The notes under the pieces were generated by a model. That model was not told the DNA's origin and did no database searches. It saw nothing but the letters and a program-made list of their open reading frames with translations. A program made the position numbers and the translations under genes. From assembly GCA_049508935.1 (NCBI GenBank), contig JBELAJ010000001.1:6002-70001 (forward strand): DNA of 64,000 bases. Direction: 5' to 3'. Below are positions 9,190-18,502 of this stretch, piece after piece. The DNA is from Terriglobia bacterium (GTDB lineage Bacteria; Acidobacteriota; Terriglobia; UBA7540). Numbering within the stretch: position 1 is the stretch's first letter; each line of letters starts with the position of its first letter.

Positions 9190-9759
9190 ATGATGGAAAT
9201 CAAAATTGAATCTCGGCAATTGGGGGAAATTGTGGTGCTCGTGCCCGAGATTTTTCAGGATAGCCGTGGCTTCTTCATGGAGGCTTACCGCGAGGACCAA
9301 TTCAAGGCTCTGGGTCTGCCTACCCTATTTGTTCAAGAGAACCATTCGCGTTCGATCAAGGGCGTCGTACGTGGACTGCATTTCCAGTGGGACCCGCCGA
9401 TGGGCAAGTTGATGCGCGTCACATTGGGCAGTGCCTTCCTGGTTGCTGTGGACATCAGAACAGGATCGCCCACACTAGGGAAGTGGTTTGGCCTCGAGAC
9501 CTCGGCCGACAACCGGCGTCAGGTGTGGGCTCCTGCTGGGTTTGCCCGCGGCTTCTGTGTTCTTTCGGAAGTCGCCGAAATCCAATACAAATGCACGGGC
9601 CTCTACAACCACAGGGCTGAGTCGGGGATTCGCTGGAATGATCCACAGATCGGCATTAAGTGGCCGGTCAGTGAACCTAGCCTTTCCGATAAGGACCGGA
9701 AGGCCCAGACTCTGGAACAGTGGCTCGCCAGGCCCGAATCCCGCAATTTCCATATCTAA
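9190..9759 (+). CDS. rfbC: dTDP-4-dehydrorhamnose 3,5-epimerase-like (RmlC family cupin)
   Basis: VLVPEIFQDSRGFFMEAY, ENHSRSIKGVVRGLHFQ, KLMRV..G..F.VAVDIR..SPT.GKW, AGFARGF and YKCTGLY. Trimmed to the in-frame ATG at 9190. Confidence 0.85.
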   Translation: MMEIKIESRQLGEIVVLVPEIFQDSRGFFMEAYREDQFKALGLPTLFVQENHSRSIKGVVRGLHFQWDPPMGKLMRVTLGSAFLVAVDIRTGSPTLGKWFGLETSADNRRQVWAPAGFARGFCVLSEVAEIQYKCTGLYNHRAESGIRWNDPQIGIKWPVSEPSLSDKDRKAQTLEQWLARPESRNFHI

Positions 9760-9771
9760 CGGGGAGATGGA

Positions 9772-10773
9772 TTGACCATGAGATTGCTTGTTGCAGGTGG
9801 TGCAGGGTACATAGGGTCGGTGCTGATACCCAAACTGCTCGATCGTGGCTACAAAGTAGACGTGGTCGACCTGTTTTGGTTTGGCAACCATCTGCCACGG
9901 GATGTTGGGATCCTTCACAAGGACATTTTCCAACTCTCGACGGAGGACTTGGAGCCCTACGATCAAGTCATCTTTTTGGCTGGGCTGTCCAACGACCCTA
10001 TGGCGGAGTTTTCGCCGAGCAAGAACTTCATCTTCAACGCCGCTGCTCCGGCCTATCTGGCCTATACGGCCAAGAATGCTAAAGTGAAGAGGTACATTTA
10101 CGCCTGCTCCTGCTCGGTTTATGGGTACACGGAAAACGAACTCTACGACGAGACGCGCCCTGTCTCCTCCACTTATCCCTACGGAATTTCCAAACTGCAA
10201 GGCGAGCAAGCGGCGATGCAGTTGGCGGACGGAGAATTCTCGGTTATCTCGTTGCGCAAAGGCACGGTTTCTGGGTACAGCCCCCGCATGCGCTTCGACC
10301 TTATCATTAACACGATGTTTAAGTTCGCGATGAAAGAACACACTATCACCATCAACAATCCCTCCATTTGGCGGCCCATTCTCAGCATCGACGACGCCGC
10401 CACCGCGTACATCCGGGCTATTGAAGCGGATCAGAAAATCTCTGGCATTTTTAACATTGCGTCAGGCAACTACACGGTCGGGGAAGTCGGCGACTTGGTG
10501 AAGGCCACGATTGAAGATCGCCTGGGAGAACGGCTGAACCTTTGCATCAAACACATCCAGGATTTTCGCAACTACAAAGTGAGTGTGGAGAAGGCCAAGA
10601 ATGTGCTCAGTTTCCATCCGGCGGGTGATGTGAAATCCATCGTGGGCCATCTGACTGACAACATGGAAAAGTGCAGCGACTGGGACAACCCGCTCTATTC
10701 CAACATCGTTTCGTTCAAGCAACTCGAGAATGGAATCGAAACCTACGCGATGGGGAAGGTGCCGGCGCGATGA
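9772..10773 (+). CDS. NAD-dependent epimerase/dehydratase (extended SDR)
   Basis: MRLLVAGGAGYIGSVL glycine motif and a YxxxK region (YPYGISKLQGE). Confidence 0.8.
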   Translation: MTMRLLVAGGAGYIGSVLIPKLLDRGYKVDVVDLFWFGNHLPRDVGILHKDIFQLSTEDLEPYDQVIFLAGLSNDPMAEFSPSKNFIFNAAAPAYLAYTAKNAKVKRYIYACSCSVYGYTENELYDETRPVSSTYPYGISKLQGEQAAMQLADGEFSVISLRKGTVSGYSPRMRFDLIINTMFKFAMKEHTITINNPSIWRPILSIDDAATAYIRAIEADQKISGIFNIASGNYTVGEVGDLVKATIEDRLGERLNLCIKHIQDFRNYKVSVEKAKNVLSFHPAGDVKSIVGHLTDNMEKCSDWDNPLYSNIVSFKQLENGIETYAMGKVPAR

Positions 10774-11654
10774 AAGTGGTCGTAGTGGGCAGCAATGGCC
10801 AATTGGGGAGCGACGTCGTGCGCGCTTTCGCGGACAATGGGGATGAAGTCCTGCCGCTGACGCACGCCGACATCGAGATCGCAGATGGAGAGTCTGTCAC
10901 GAATAAATTGCGCGCGCTGGAGCCCAGCCTCGTGGTGAATACCGCAGCGATGCACCACGTGGAGAACTGTGAATTGCAACCTGAGAGAGCATTCGCCGTC
11001 AATGCCTTAGGTGCGAGAAACCTCGCCCGGGCAGCGCGGGAAATCGGCGCCACGCTCGTCCATGTCAGCACGGATTACGTCTTTGACGGGTCTAAGGTCA
11101 GCCCCTATGACGAGGGTGATCCGCCCCGGCCCTTGAGCGTCTACGGTAACACGAAACTCGCCGGAGAGTACTTTGTGCGCGCTACACTCGACCAGCATTT
11201 TGTGCTGCGCACCTCGGCGATTTACGGGAAAAGCCACTGTCGGGCCAAGAGCGGACTGAACTTCATCCAACTGATGCTCAAGCTGGCGAAAGAGCGGGGC
11301 GAAGTCCGCGTGGTCGACAGCGAATTCGTGACCCCTACAGCCACCCCCGATCTGGCGCGGCAAATAGTTGCGCTGAGCCGCTGCGAGAATTACGGGTTAT
11401 ACCACGCCACCGCCGAAGGAGCCTGCTCCTGGTTCGAATTCGCCCGCGAGATCTTTGCCTTGACCAACACCAAAGTTACTCTGAAGGTTGCGGGGCCGGA
11501 TGAATTTCCCGCCAAAGTGCCGAGACCGAAGTATTCGGTACTGGAAAACCGCGGACTCAAGCGTTTGGGCATCAATACCTTCGCGCCTTGGCAGGAGGGT
11601 CTGCGCGACTACCTCGGCGTTTCGCCGTCGCATACGGCGGCGGTAACCAGATGA
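10770..11654 (+). CDS. rfbD: dTDP-4-dehydrorhamnose reductase-like (RmlD family)
   Basis: MKVVVVGSNGQLGSD, VVNTAAMHHVENCELQPERAFAVNA, LVHVSTDYVFDG and SVYGNTKLAGE. ATGA overlap with the upstream stop; trimmed from the ORF-track start at 10671. Confidence 0.8.
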   Translation: MKVVVVGSNGQLGSDVVRAFADNGDEVLPLTHADIEIADGESVTNKLRALEPSLVVNTAAMHHVENCELQPERAFAVNALGARNLARAAREIGATLVHVSTDYVFDGSKVSPYDEGDPPRPLSVYGNTKLAGEYFVRATLDQHFVLRTSAIYGKSHCRAKSGLNFIQLMLKLAKERGEVRVVDSEFVTPTATPDLARQIVALSRCENYGLYHATAEGACSWFEFAREIFALTNTKVTLKVAGPDEFPAKVPRPKYSVLENRGLKRLGINTFAPWQEGLRDYLGVSPSHTAAVTR

Positions 11655-12514
11655 TGCAATACGTAATCATCACGCCCGTGCGGGATGAAGAAGAGCATGT
11701 GCAAGCAACCATCGAATCCATCACCGCCCAAACTGTGCGACCGGCGGAATGGGTGATAGTCGACGACGGCTCCACCGACCGAACCGGCGCCATCACCGAT
11801 CGCTCTTCAGCCCAGTTTCCCTGGATCCGCGTCATCCACAGACCGAACCGAGGTTTTCGTAAGGCGGGCGGCGGCGTCGTGGATGCTTTTAATGAGGGAT
11901 ACAATTCCCTGCGCTGCAGCGACTGGGATTTCTTAGTCAAACTCGACGGAGATCTCAGCTTTTCCCCCGATTACTTTGAACGGTGCTTCGAGAAATTCCG
12001 GACGCAGCCTGATTTGGGGATTGGGGGCGGAGAAATCTGGCACAATTCGGGCGGCATGCTCAAACTCGAGGCCGGTCCCAGATTCCACGTACGCGGGGCT
12101 ACCAAGATTTACAGAAGGGCTTGCTGGGAAGCGCTAGGCGGGTTAATGCCGGCAGCCGGATGGGACACCATCGACGAGGTTAAAGCTAACATGCTGGGCT
12201 GGAAGACCCGCAGCTTTGAGGATCTCCGGCTCATCCATCATCGCCTCACGGGAGCGGCGGACGGCCTCCTGCACGACCGCATGAAGTACGGTTTGGTTTG
12301 CTTTACCTGCGGGTACCATCCTCTCTTTGTTCTCGCCCGTTGCGTCTATAGGGTGACTCGAAAGCCGTATGTGGTTGGCTCACTCGCGATGCTTTTTGGC
12401 TATCTGAAAGGTTATTTTACCGATACGCCGCAGGTGAATGACGAACGGGTGGTTCGTTACCTGCGGACACAACAATTGAAACGTCTCTTCGGCCTAAGAA
12501 CCGTTTGGCGGTAA
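11651..12514 (+). CDS. glycosyltransferase family 2
   Basis: YVIITPVRDEEEHV..ITAQTVRPAEWVIVDDGSTDRTG and a KLDGD motif. ATGA overlap with rfbD. Confidence 0.8.
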   Translation: MMQYVIITPVRDEEEHVQATIESITAQTVRPAEWVIVDDGSTDRTGAITDRSSAQFPWIRVIHRPNRGFRKAGGGVVDAFNEGYNSLRCSDWDFLVKLDGDLSFSPDYFERCFEKFRTQPDLGIGGGEIWHNSGGMLKLEAGPRFHVRGATKIYRRACWEALGGLMPAAGWDTIDEVKANMLGWKTRSFEDLRLIHHRLTGAADGLLHDRMKYGLVCFTCGYHPLFVLARCVYRVTRKPYVVGSLAMLFGYLKGYFTDTPQVNDERVVRYLRTQQLKRLFGLRTVWR

Positions 12515-12547
12515 CAACCAGACCTTCCCGGCCTCAGGCATACCTTT

Positions 12548-14518
12548 ATGTGCGGAATCTGCGGCAAGCTTAATTTCGAGCAGAACTCGAGCGTCAGCCC
12601 TGCCCTGGTTCGCGAGATGTTGGACACCATTCGTCATCGGGGTCCCGATGATGAAGGGGTCTACTCGGCGGGGCAGGTCGGCTTGGGGCACCGCAGGCTC
12701 TCGATTATAGACCTGAACACGGGGCATCAACCCCTGTCAAATGAGGATGGCACGGTTTGGATCGTCTTCAACGGGGAAATTTACAATTACCAGGAATTGC
12801 GCCCATGGCTCTTGAACAAGGGTCACAGGTTCGCAACCCAGACCGACACCGAAGTCATTGTCCATTTGTATGAGGAATTGGGGCCCGAGTGCCTGCAGAA
12901 ACTGCGCGGCATGTTTGCCTTTGCCATATGGGATGAGAAATCCAAGACTCTATTCCTGGCAAGAGACCGGGTGGGAATCAAGCCTCTCTACTATTGCCTG
13001 ACGGAGAGATCGCTGGTCTTCGCGTCTGAGATCAAGGCGATCCTGGCGGATCCCAATGTCGATCGAGCCATTTCCCCCCAGATCATCGACAGATTCCTTA
13101 CTTTCTATTATTTGCCGGGGGAAGAAACGCTTTTCAAAGGCATCTCAAAGCTTGCTCCGGGATCCTACCTGGTCGTAAAGAATGGTCGTGCGGAAATTCG
13201 CCAGTACTGGGACCTTAGCTTCTCTAAGCCCGGCGAAAAGCCGAGCCCCATAGAGGCAGAGGGACAATTAGTTGAATTGTTGGCCGAGACCGTTCGACAG
13301 CATATGATCGCAGACGTTCCGGTCGGCGTTTTGTTAAGCGGTGGAGTGGATTCTACGGCCGTGCTCAGCTTCGCTGTGGAACGGACAGACAAGAAGGTCA
13401 GCACCTATACCGTGGGCTTCTCTGACCCTGGGTTCGCCGACGAGAGACCCTATGCCAAGTTAGCGGCTGACACCTTCCACACCCAGCACCATGACATGAC
13501 CATATCGGCGGCCGACTTTGCCGCTTTTATGCCGCGATATGTGTGGCACATGGAAGAACCGGTTTGTGAGCCACCCGCCATCGCCTTGTATTATGTTTCG
13601 AAGCTGGCGAGGCAGTACGTCAAGGTACTTCTTTCAGGGGAAGGGGGCGATGAGGCTTTTGCGGGTTACAGCAACTATCGCAACATTCTCTGGCTCGAGC
13701 GAGCGAAAAGTGGCCTGTATCCGCTGGTAGGGCTGCTTGCACGAGGACTTTCGCTGACCAACTCGGTGTTCCAATCGTCGCGCATCGCTAAATATGTACC
13801 TTTGATGACGGCGATGTTCCCTGACTACTACTACAGCCGCACTTCAAATCCTTACCGCTCCGTCCGCAACGGACTGGGCGATTTGTACTCCAGTGATTTC
13901 GCCCGGTCAATTGACCCGGAGTACAGTCTTGAGCCGGTACGTCGACTGCAGGCGCATGTGCGAGGCCAAAATACCCTCGATGCAATGCTTTACATCGACA
14001 CCAAGACTTGGCTGCCGGACGACCTACTGATCAAAGCCGACAAGATGACCATGGCCAATTCGCTTGAGCTCCGGGTGCCCCTGCTTGATCACAAAGTTCT
14101 TGAGTTCGCGGCTGCCTTACTCCCGAACCTCAAGGTTCGCCGATTCACCACCAAATATCTCGCCAAGAGAGCATTGGGACGCCGGGTCCCCAAGCCCATT
14201 CTTGATCGTCGTAAGGCTGGCTTTCCCGTTCCCTACGAGTCATGGCTCCGGAACGACCTGCGAAACTGGGTTCAGGAAGTGTTGTTCGACCCGACGACTA
14301 CAAGCCGGGGCTATTTCGCCGTTCCCGCTCTGCGCAAGTTGCTGGCCCGCGACGAGTCTATAGGGGGATTTTCCAAGGAGATTTTCTCGTTGGTTACGCT
14401 CGAGCTCTGGCACAGGACTTTTCTCGGCCAGAAACAGGTTCTGCCAACAGCGTCTCTGCAGCCGGCATCGGCTAGCGCGCAACAGCCGCGTCAGCCAGAG
14501 CACTCTCAGCGTGGATAA
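12548..14518 (+). CDS. asparagine synthase (glutamine-hydrolysing)-family amidotransferase, AsnB/WbpS-like
   Basis: Begins MCGI (catalytic Cys2). HRGPDDEG, HRRLSIIDL, FNGEIYNY, and the PP-loop LLSGGVDS. Confidence 0.9.
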   Translation: MCGICGKLNFEQNSSVSPALVREMLDTIRHRGPDDEGVYSAGQVGLGHRRLSIIDLNTGHQPLSNEDGTVWIVFNGEIYNYQELRPWLLNKGHRFATQTDTEVIVHLYEELGPECLQKLRGMFAFAIWDEKSKTLFLARDRVGIKPLYYCLTERSLVFASEIKAILADPNVDRAISPQIIDRFLTFYYLPGEETLFKGISKLAPGSYLVVKNGRAEIRQYWDLSFSKPGEKPSPIEAEGQLVELLAETVRQHMIADVPVGVLLSGGVDSTAVLSFAVERTDKKVSTYTVGFSDPGFADERPYAKLAADTFHTQHHDMTISAADFAAFMPRYVWHMEEPVCEPPAIALYYVSKLARQYVKVLLSGEGGDEAFAGYSNYRNILWLERAKSGLYPLVGLLARGLSLTNSVFQSSRIAKYVPLMTAMFPDYYYSRTSNPYRSVRNGLGDLYSSDFARSIDPEYSLEPVRRLQAHVRGQNTLDAMLYIDTKTWLPDDLLIKADKMTMANSLELRVPLLDHKVLEFAAALLPNLKVRRFTTKYLAKRALGRRVPKPILDRRKAGFPVPYESWLRNDLRNWVQEVLFDPTTTSRGYFAVPALRKLLARDESIGGFSKEIFSLVTLELWHRTFLGQKQVLPTASLQPASASAQQPRQPEHSQRG

Positions 14519-14523
14519 CGAGT

Positions 14524-15789
14524 TTGTTTACCAACAACCAACAGAGTAGCCGCAGTCGACAGAGCGCGCTCAATCTGGCCGCGAAGACGCTCTGGCGCAT
14601 GCCAGGCCGTTTCGGGATTGCGCGTCTCTTCGGTCCTTGTTACTCTTTGCGGTGCGTTGTCTTTCATGACATTTCAGCGACGGAGTCGCCGTTTACCAAG
14701 GGAATGCGGGTGAGCATCACGCCCGCGGAGTTCGGGGCGGCGCTGAAATTTCTCACCCGATACTACACTCCTGTCCGCTTCGAGGACGTTCTGGCTGCTT
14801 CTGGAGGCCGTAGTCTGCCGCCAAGACCGCTGCTCGTGACCTTCGACGACGGCTATGCGTCGATGATGGAGTGGGCCGCACCGCTGTGCCGCAAGTATGG
14901 CGTGCCTGCCATCTTTTTCCTCAATGCAGCGTTTCTCGATAATGAGAGACTAGCGCCGGACAATCTCATTTGTTACGCGGCCAACGTTCTGGGATTGGAA
15001 GCCATAAACGCTGCCGCGCGCAGCGTAGGGGACGACGAAGTCCCCAAGCTAGAGTCTCTGGCTGAGGTCTTCTCGCGTTTCCTCCCCGCGATTTCGTTGG
15101 CCGACAGGCAAGTCTTTCTCGACGCCTTGGGTCATTTGGGAAGATTCGATGAGCGTCGATTAGCACGGGAAGCGTGCTTATACCTGACTCGAAAACAGGT
15201 TTGCGAGTTGGCAGCTTCGGATTTCGAGATCGGGAGCCACAGTTATTCCCATGTCCGTTGCCGGTCGTTAGCAAGCGCGGATTTTGAGGAGGAAATTGAC
15301 AGAAACAAGGCAGAGCTGGAGGCTCTATCTAGGAAGAAGGTACGGTCATTCAGCTTGCCCTACGGTTCCTCTGCGGACCTCTCAAGTGACTTGCAGCGAA
15401 AGCTTCAGGCTTCAGGGCACGAAGTGGTCTTCCTAAGCGAGAGCGTTGCCAACCCGTGCGCGATGGGATGCCTCCGTTTTGACCGAGTAAGCATCCAAGC
15501 CAGCGGAAACGACGCTTTGTTCTTTGAGATCGAGGTTTTGCCGCGCCTTCGCGCCGTCAGGAATCGTCTTTTCCGGGACCCTGGCGCCGTTCGGATGGCC
15601 CGTAACGAGGCTTCACGGGCTGGGTTGGGAACGCGGCGCGGGGAAAATGAAGTCGCAGCGCTTGACGAGATGAAGCATATGTATGATCATTCAAATTGCA
15701 GAGATAAAGTGACAGCCAGAGAGGTGGGCGGAAATTCCGGGGATTCCCGGCCTGATGCGCTAAGGTCTTCCGGTAAAAGACTCCAATGA
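14524..15789 (+). CDS. polysaccharide deacetylase (NodB/CE4 family)
   Basis: LLVTFDDGYASMMEWAAPLCRKYGVPAIFFLN, and GSHSYSHV as the His-containing motif. The start is uncertain (TTG at 14524 or ATG at 14599). A low-complexity C-terminal tail overlaps the ACP start (ATGA). Confidence 0.8.
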   Translation: MFTNNQQSSRSRQSALNLAAKTLWRMPGRFGIARLFGPCYSLRCVVFHDISATESPFTKGMRVSITPAEFGAALKFLTRYYTPVRFEDVLAASGGRSLPPRPLLVTFDDGYASMMEWAAPLCRKYGVPAIFFLNAAFLDNERLAPDNLICYAANVLGLEAINAAARSVGDDEVPKLESLAEVFSRFLPAISLADRQVFLDALGHLGRFDERRLAREACLYLTRKQVCELAASDFEIGSHSYSHVRCRSLASADFEEEIDRNKAELEALSRKKVRSFSLPYGSSADLSSDLQRKLQASGHEVVFLSESVANPCAMGCLRFDRVSIQASGNDALFFEIEVLPRLRAVRNRLFRDPGAVRMARNEASRAGLGTRRGENEVAALDEMKHMYDHSNCRDKVTAREVGGNSGDSRPDALRSSGKRLQ

Positions 15790-16052
15790 CTCGGGACAAA
15801 TTTCTTCTGGAGATGGATGAGATTCTGGGCCTACCGTCTGGAACGCTTCGCGGCCACGAAAAACTCGAGGAGTTGGAGACCTGGGACTCCATTGCACTCA
15901 TCAACTTGATTGTATTAGCAGAAACACAAAATAACGCACCAATAACCCCTGACCAGGTCGTAACCTGCTCTACGGTGTCTGATCTTCTTCGTCTGGCTGG
16001 CTTCGAAGATAACCCTGTTGTTCCCGAGTCCGGGTCGGACCATTTAGCGTAA
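15786..16052 (+). CDS. acyl carrier protein-like
   Basis: 88 aa. LEELETWDSIALINLIV gives a helix II context for a phosphopantetheine-attachment Ser. Confidence 0.7.
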   Translation: MTRDKFLLEMDEILGLPSGTLRGHEKLEELETWDSIALINLIVLAETQNNAPITPDQVVTCSTVSDLLRLAGFEDNPVVPESGSDHLA

Positions 16053-16160
16053 TGCATGCCATTGCCCTGAAGAGGGCAGCGTCGCGCAGAATAGCGGCGA
16101 GACGTCGACATCGACTGGCCCCAACGACAGCTTGCGGCTGCTAGGCTCTAGAGTTTCCTA

Positions 16161-18005
16161 ATGGTGGCGGAGACTGAGACATTGCAATGGGAGGTTCCGA
16201 AAGCTCTGCGGTTCCCCGTCGCGCTGGAGGAGGTCCTTCTGAAGCGCCTGAGCCTGAAGAAGGAGCTGCTCAAGCAACCGAATCTCGTCTCAACGCGCAT
16301 TGCAATTCTTGGCGGATCAACGACTACGGAAGTAATGAGCATGCTCGAGCTGTTTCTCCTGGCCCAAGGGATCCAGCCAACCTTCTACGAATCAGGGTAC
16401 AACCGTTACTGCGAGGACGTGCTGTTCGAGAATCCTGAGTTATGGAATTTCAAGCCCGAGATCGTCTTTATCCACACTACCTGGCACAATGTATCGCAAT
16501 TTCCCGAATTACTGGAAACCGAGGCAGACGTTGGAAAGCGTGTCAGTCGTGAAATGGCGCGGTTTGAATCGCTTTGGGAGAAAATAAACAAGGAGCTAGG
16601 CGCGATCATCATACAGAACAACTTTGACCTCCCACGTCTCAGACCACTGGGGAACTTGGAGGCTTCCGAGCCGTACTGTCGCGTGAACTTCTTGCAGCGG
16701 CTGAATGCCGCATTTGCGGCCTATGCCCGCAACCACCCACGGTTCCTGATTAACGACATCCACTACCTCTCCGCAAAAGTGGGCCTGACGGCGTGGCACG
16801 ACCACACCTATTGGTATAACTTTCACATGGCCTTGAGCCCAACGGCCACCGTGGTGCTGGGTCAAAACGTTGCTGCGATTGTTAGGTCGGTTTACGGGAA
16901 GAGCAAGAAGTGCCTCGTTCTGGACTTGGACAACACACTCTGGGGCGGAGTTATCGGCGACGATGGTGTGCAGGGCCTGATTCTTGGCCGGGATCACCCG
17001 GTCGGTGATGCCTTCGTCGACTTCCAACGGTATGTGAAAGATCTGCAGCGGCGGGGCGTCATTCTTGCAGTCTGCTCGAAGAACGACCCTGAGAACGCCA
17101 AGGAAGGTTTCTCGCACCCGGACAGCGTATTGAAACTGGAAGATTTCAGCGTCTTCAAAGCGAATTGGAACCCAAAGCCTGACAACATCCGCGCTGCCGC
17201 CTTAGAACTCAACATCGGTCTCGATAGCATGGTTTTCGTTGATGATAACCCGGCCGAACGGGCCCTCGTTGCGGCCGAGCTCCCCGAGGTGGCCGTACCC
17301 GATATGGGCTCGGATGTTTCACGATTTGCAGAGACACTCGAACACGAGCGGTACTTCGAAGTGGCCAATGTCGTTCAAGAGGATCTCAGCCGCTCCAGCT
17401 ATTACAGCTCGAATGCCCGGCGAAGCACTTGTCTTAGCGCGTTCCGGGATTACCGAGATTACCTCGCTTCTCTCGAAATGACCGCTGAAATCGGCCCATT
17501 TCTTCCAGTCTACCTGGAGCGAATTACGCAGTTGATTAATAAGACCAACCAGTTCAATCTCACCACCAGGCGATACACGAGCGCCGAGGTTGAGGCCGTC
17601 AGCAAGGACCCGACGTATGTCACCCTTTACGGACGGCTGTCCGACAAATTTGGCGACAACGGGTTGGTTTCAGTATTGATCGGGCGAGTTTCTAACGAGA
17701 CAGTCGAATTACACGTTTGGCTAATGAGCTGCCGCGTTGTGAAGCGCGAAATGGAACTCGCCATGTTTGATGCTCTGGTCGAACAGTGCCAGGCCCGAGG
17801 CATCCGAAAGATCCTGGGCACGTATATCCCGTCGAAGAAGAACGGAATGGTTTCGGGCCACTATGCCAGCCTGGGTTTCACGCGCATCGACGGCGCGTCG
17901 GGAGACCGGGAGCTCTGGCAGTACGATGTACCTCAAGCCTATCCCGCGAAAGCGTGTTACATTCGCAGGACCATTCAAGGCAACCCGGCGAGTGTGTCTT
18001 CTTAA
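16161..18005 (+). CDS. FkbH-like HAD-IIIC phosphatase/acyl-loading protein
   Basis: LVLDLDNTLWGGVIGDDG (HAD motif I), AVCSKN, FVDDNP, NKTNQFNLTTRRY, and a conserved Cys context WLMSCRVVKRE in the C-terminal GNAT-like domain. Confidence 0.8.
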   Translation: MVAETETLQWEVPKALRFPVALEEVLLKRLSLKKELLKQPNLVSTRIAILGGSTTTEVMSMLELFLLAQGIQPTFYESGYNRYCEDVLFENPELWNFKPEIVFIHTTWHNVSQFPELLETEADVGKRVSREMARFESLWEKINKELGAIIIQNNFDLPRLRPLGNLEASEPYCRVNFLQRLNAAFAAYARNHPRFLINDIHYLSAKVGLTAWHDHTYWYNFHMALSPTATVVLGQNVAAIVRSVYGKSKKCLVLDLDNTLWGGVIGDDGVQGLILGRDHPVGDAFVDFQRYVKDLQRRGVILAVCSKNDPENAKEGFSHPDSVLKLEDFSVFKANWNPKPDNIRAAALELNIGLDSMVFVDDNPAERALVAAELPEVAVPDMGSDVSRFAETLEHERYFEVANVVQEDLSRSSYYSSNARRSTCLSAFRDYRDYLASLEMTAEIGPFLPVYLERITQLINKTNQFNLTTRRYTSAEVEAVSKDPTYVTLYGRLSDKFGDNGLVSVLIGRVSNETVELHVWLMSCRVVKREMELAMFDALVEQCQARGIRKILGTYIPSKKNGMVSGHYASLGFTRIDGASGDRELWQYDVPQAYPAKACYIRRTIQGNPASVSS

Positions 18006-18036
18006 GAGCTCAGGGAATCCCTTTCCATCAAACTCT

Positions 18037-18477
18037 ATGTTACCTGCAGGACTTTTGCGCACCGGTAGAGCCAGACTGCACCATTTAGGTTACGTGGTGG
18101 CGGCCATTTCGACGGTTGCTGAGGCGTTTGCGGAGTCCATAGCCGCACGTTGGGATGGCCGCATTATCCATGATCCCTTACAGCGGGTTCGAGTGGCCTT
18201 CTTTAAGCCTGTCGAGAAGGGGAATCCGGTATTTGAGTTGGTGGAGCCAGCTTGCGACGCCTCGCCGATAAGCAGATTCCTCAAGAGCGGCGGGGGACTG
18301 CACCACGTCTGTTATGAAATAGACGACTTGGAGTGGGGCCTGAAGGAATTGCGGCGTGCGGGTTTCGTGATGATCTCTCCTCCGAAACCAGCCCCGGCGT
18401 TTGGGGGTCGCCGCATCGCTTGGATTTATTCCAAGAGCCGCGTCTTGATGGAATTGCTGGAGCGGAAGCCGAAATAG
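18037..18477 (+). CDS. VOC-family protein, methylmalonyl-CoA epimerase-like
   Basis: LHHLGYVV, VAFF..G..FELVEP, and GGLHHVCYEIDDL. Trimmed to the ATG at 18037 because the ORF-track start at 17767 lies inside the FkbH-like gene. Confidence 0.7.
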   Translation: MLPAGLLRTGRARLHHLGYVVAAISTVAEAFAESIAARWDGRIIHDPLQRVRVAFFKPVEKGNPVFELVEPACDASPISRFLKSGGGLHHVCYEIDDLEWGLKELRRAGFVMISPPKPAPAFGGRRIAWIYSKSRVLMELLERKPK

Positions 18478-18502
18478 CCGGCCGACACCCCGAGGAAGGA
18501 GT

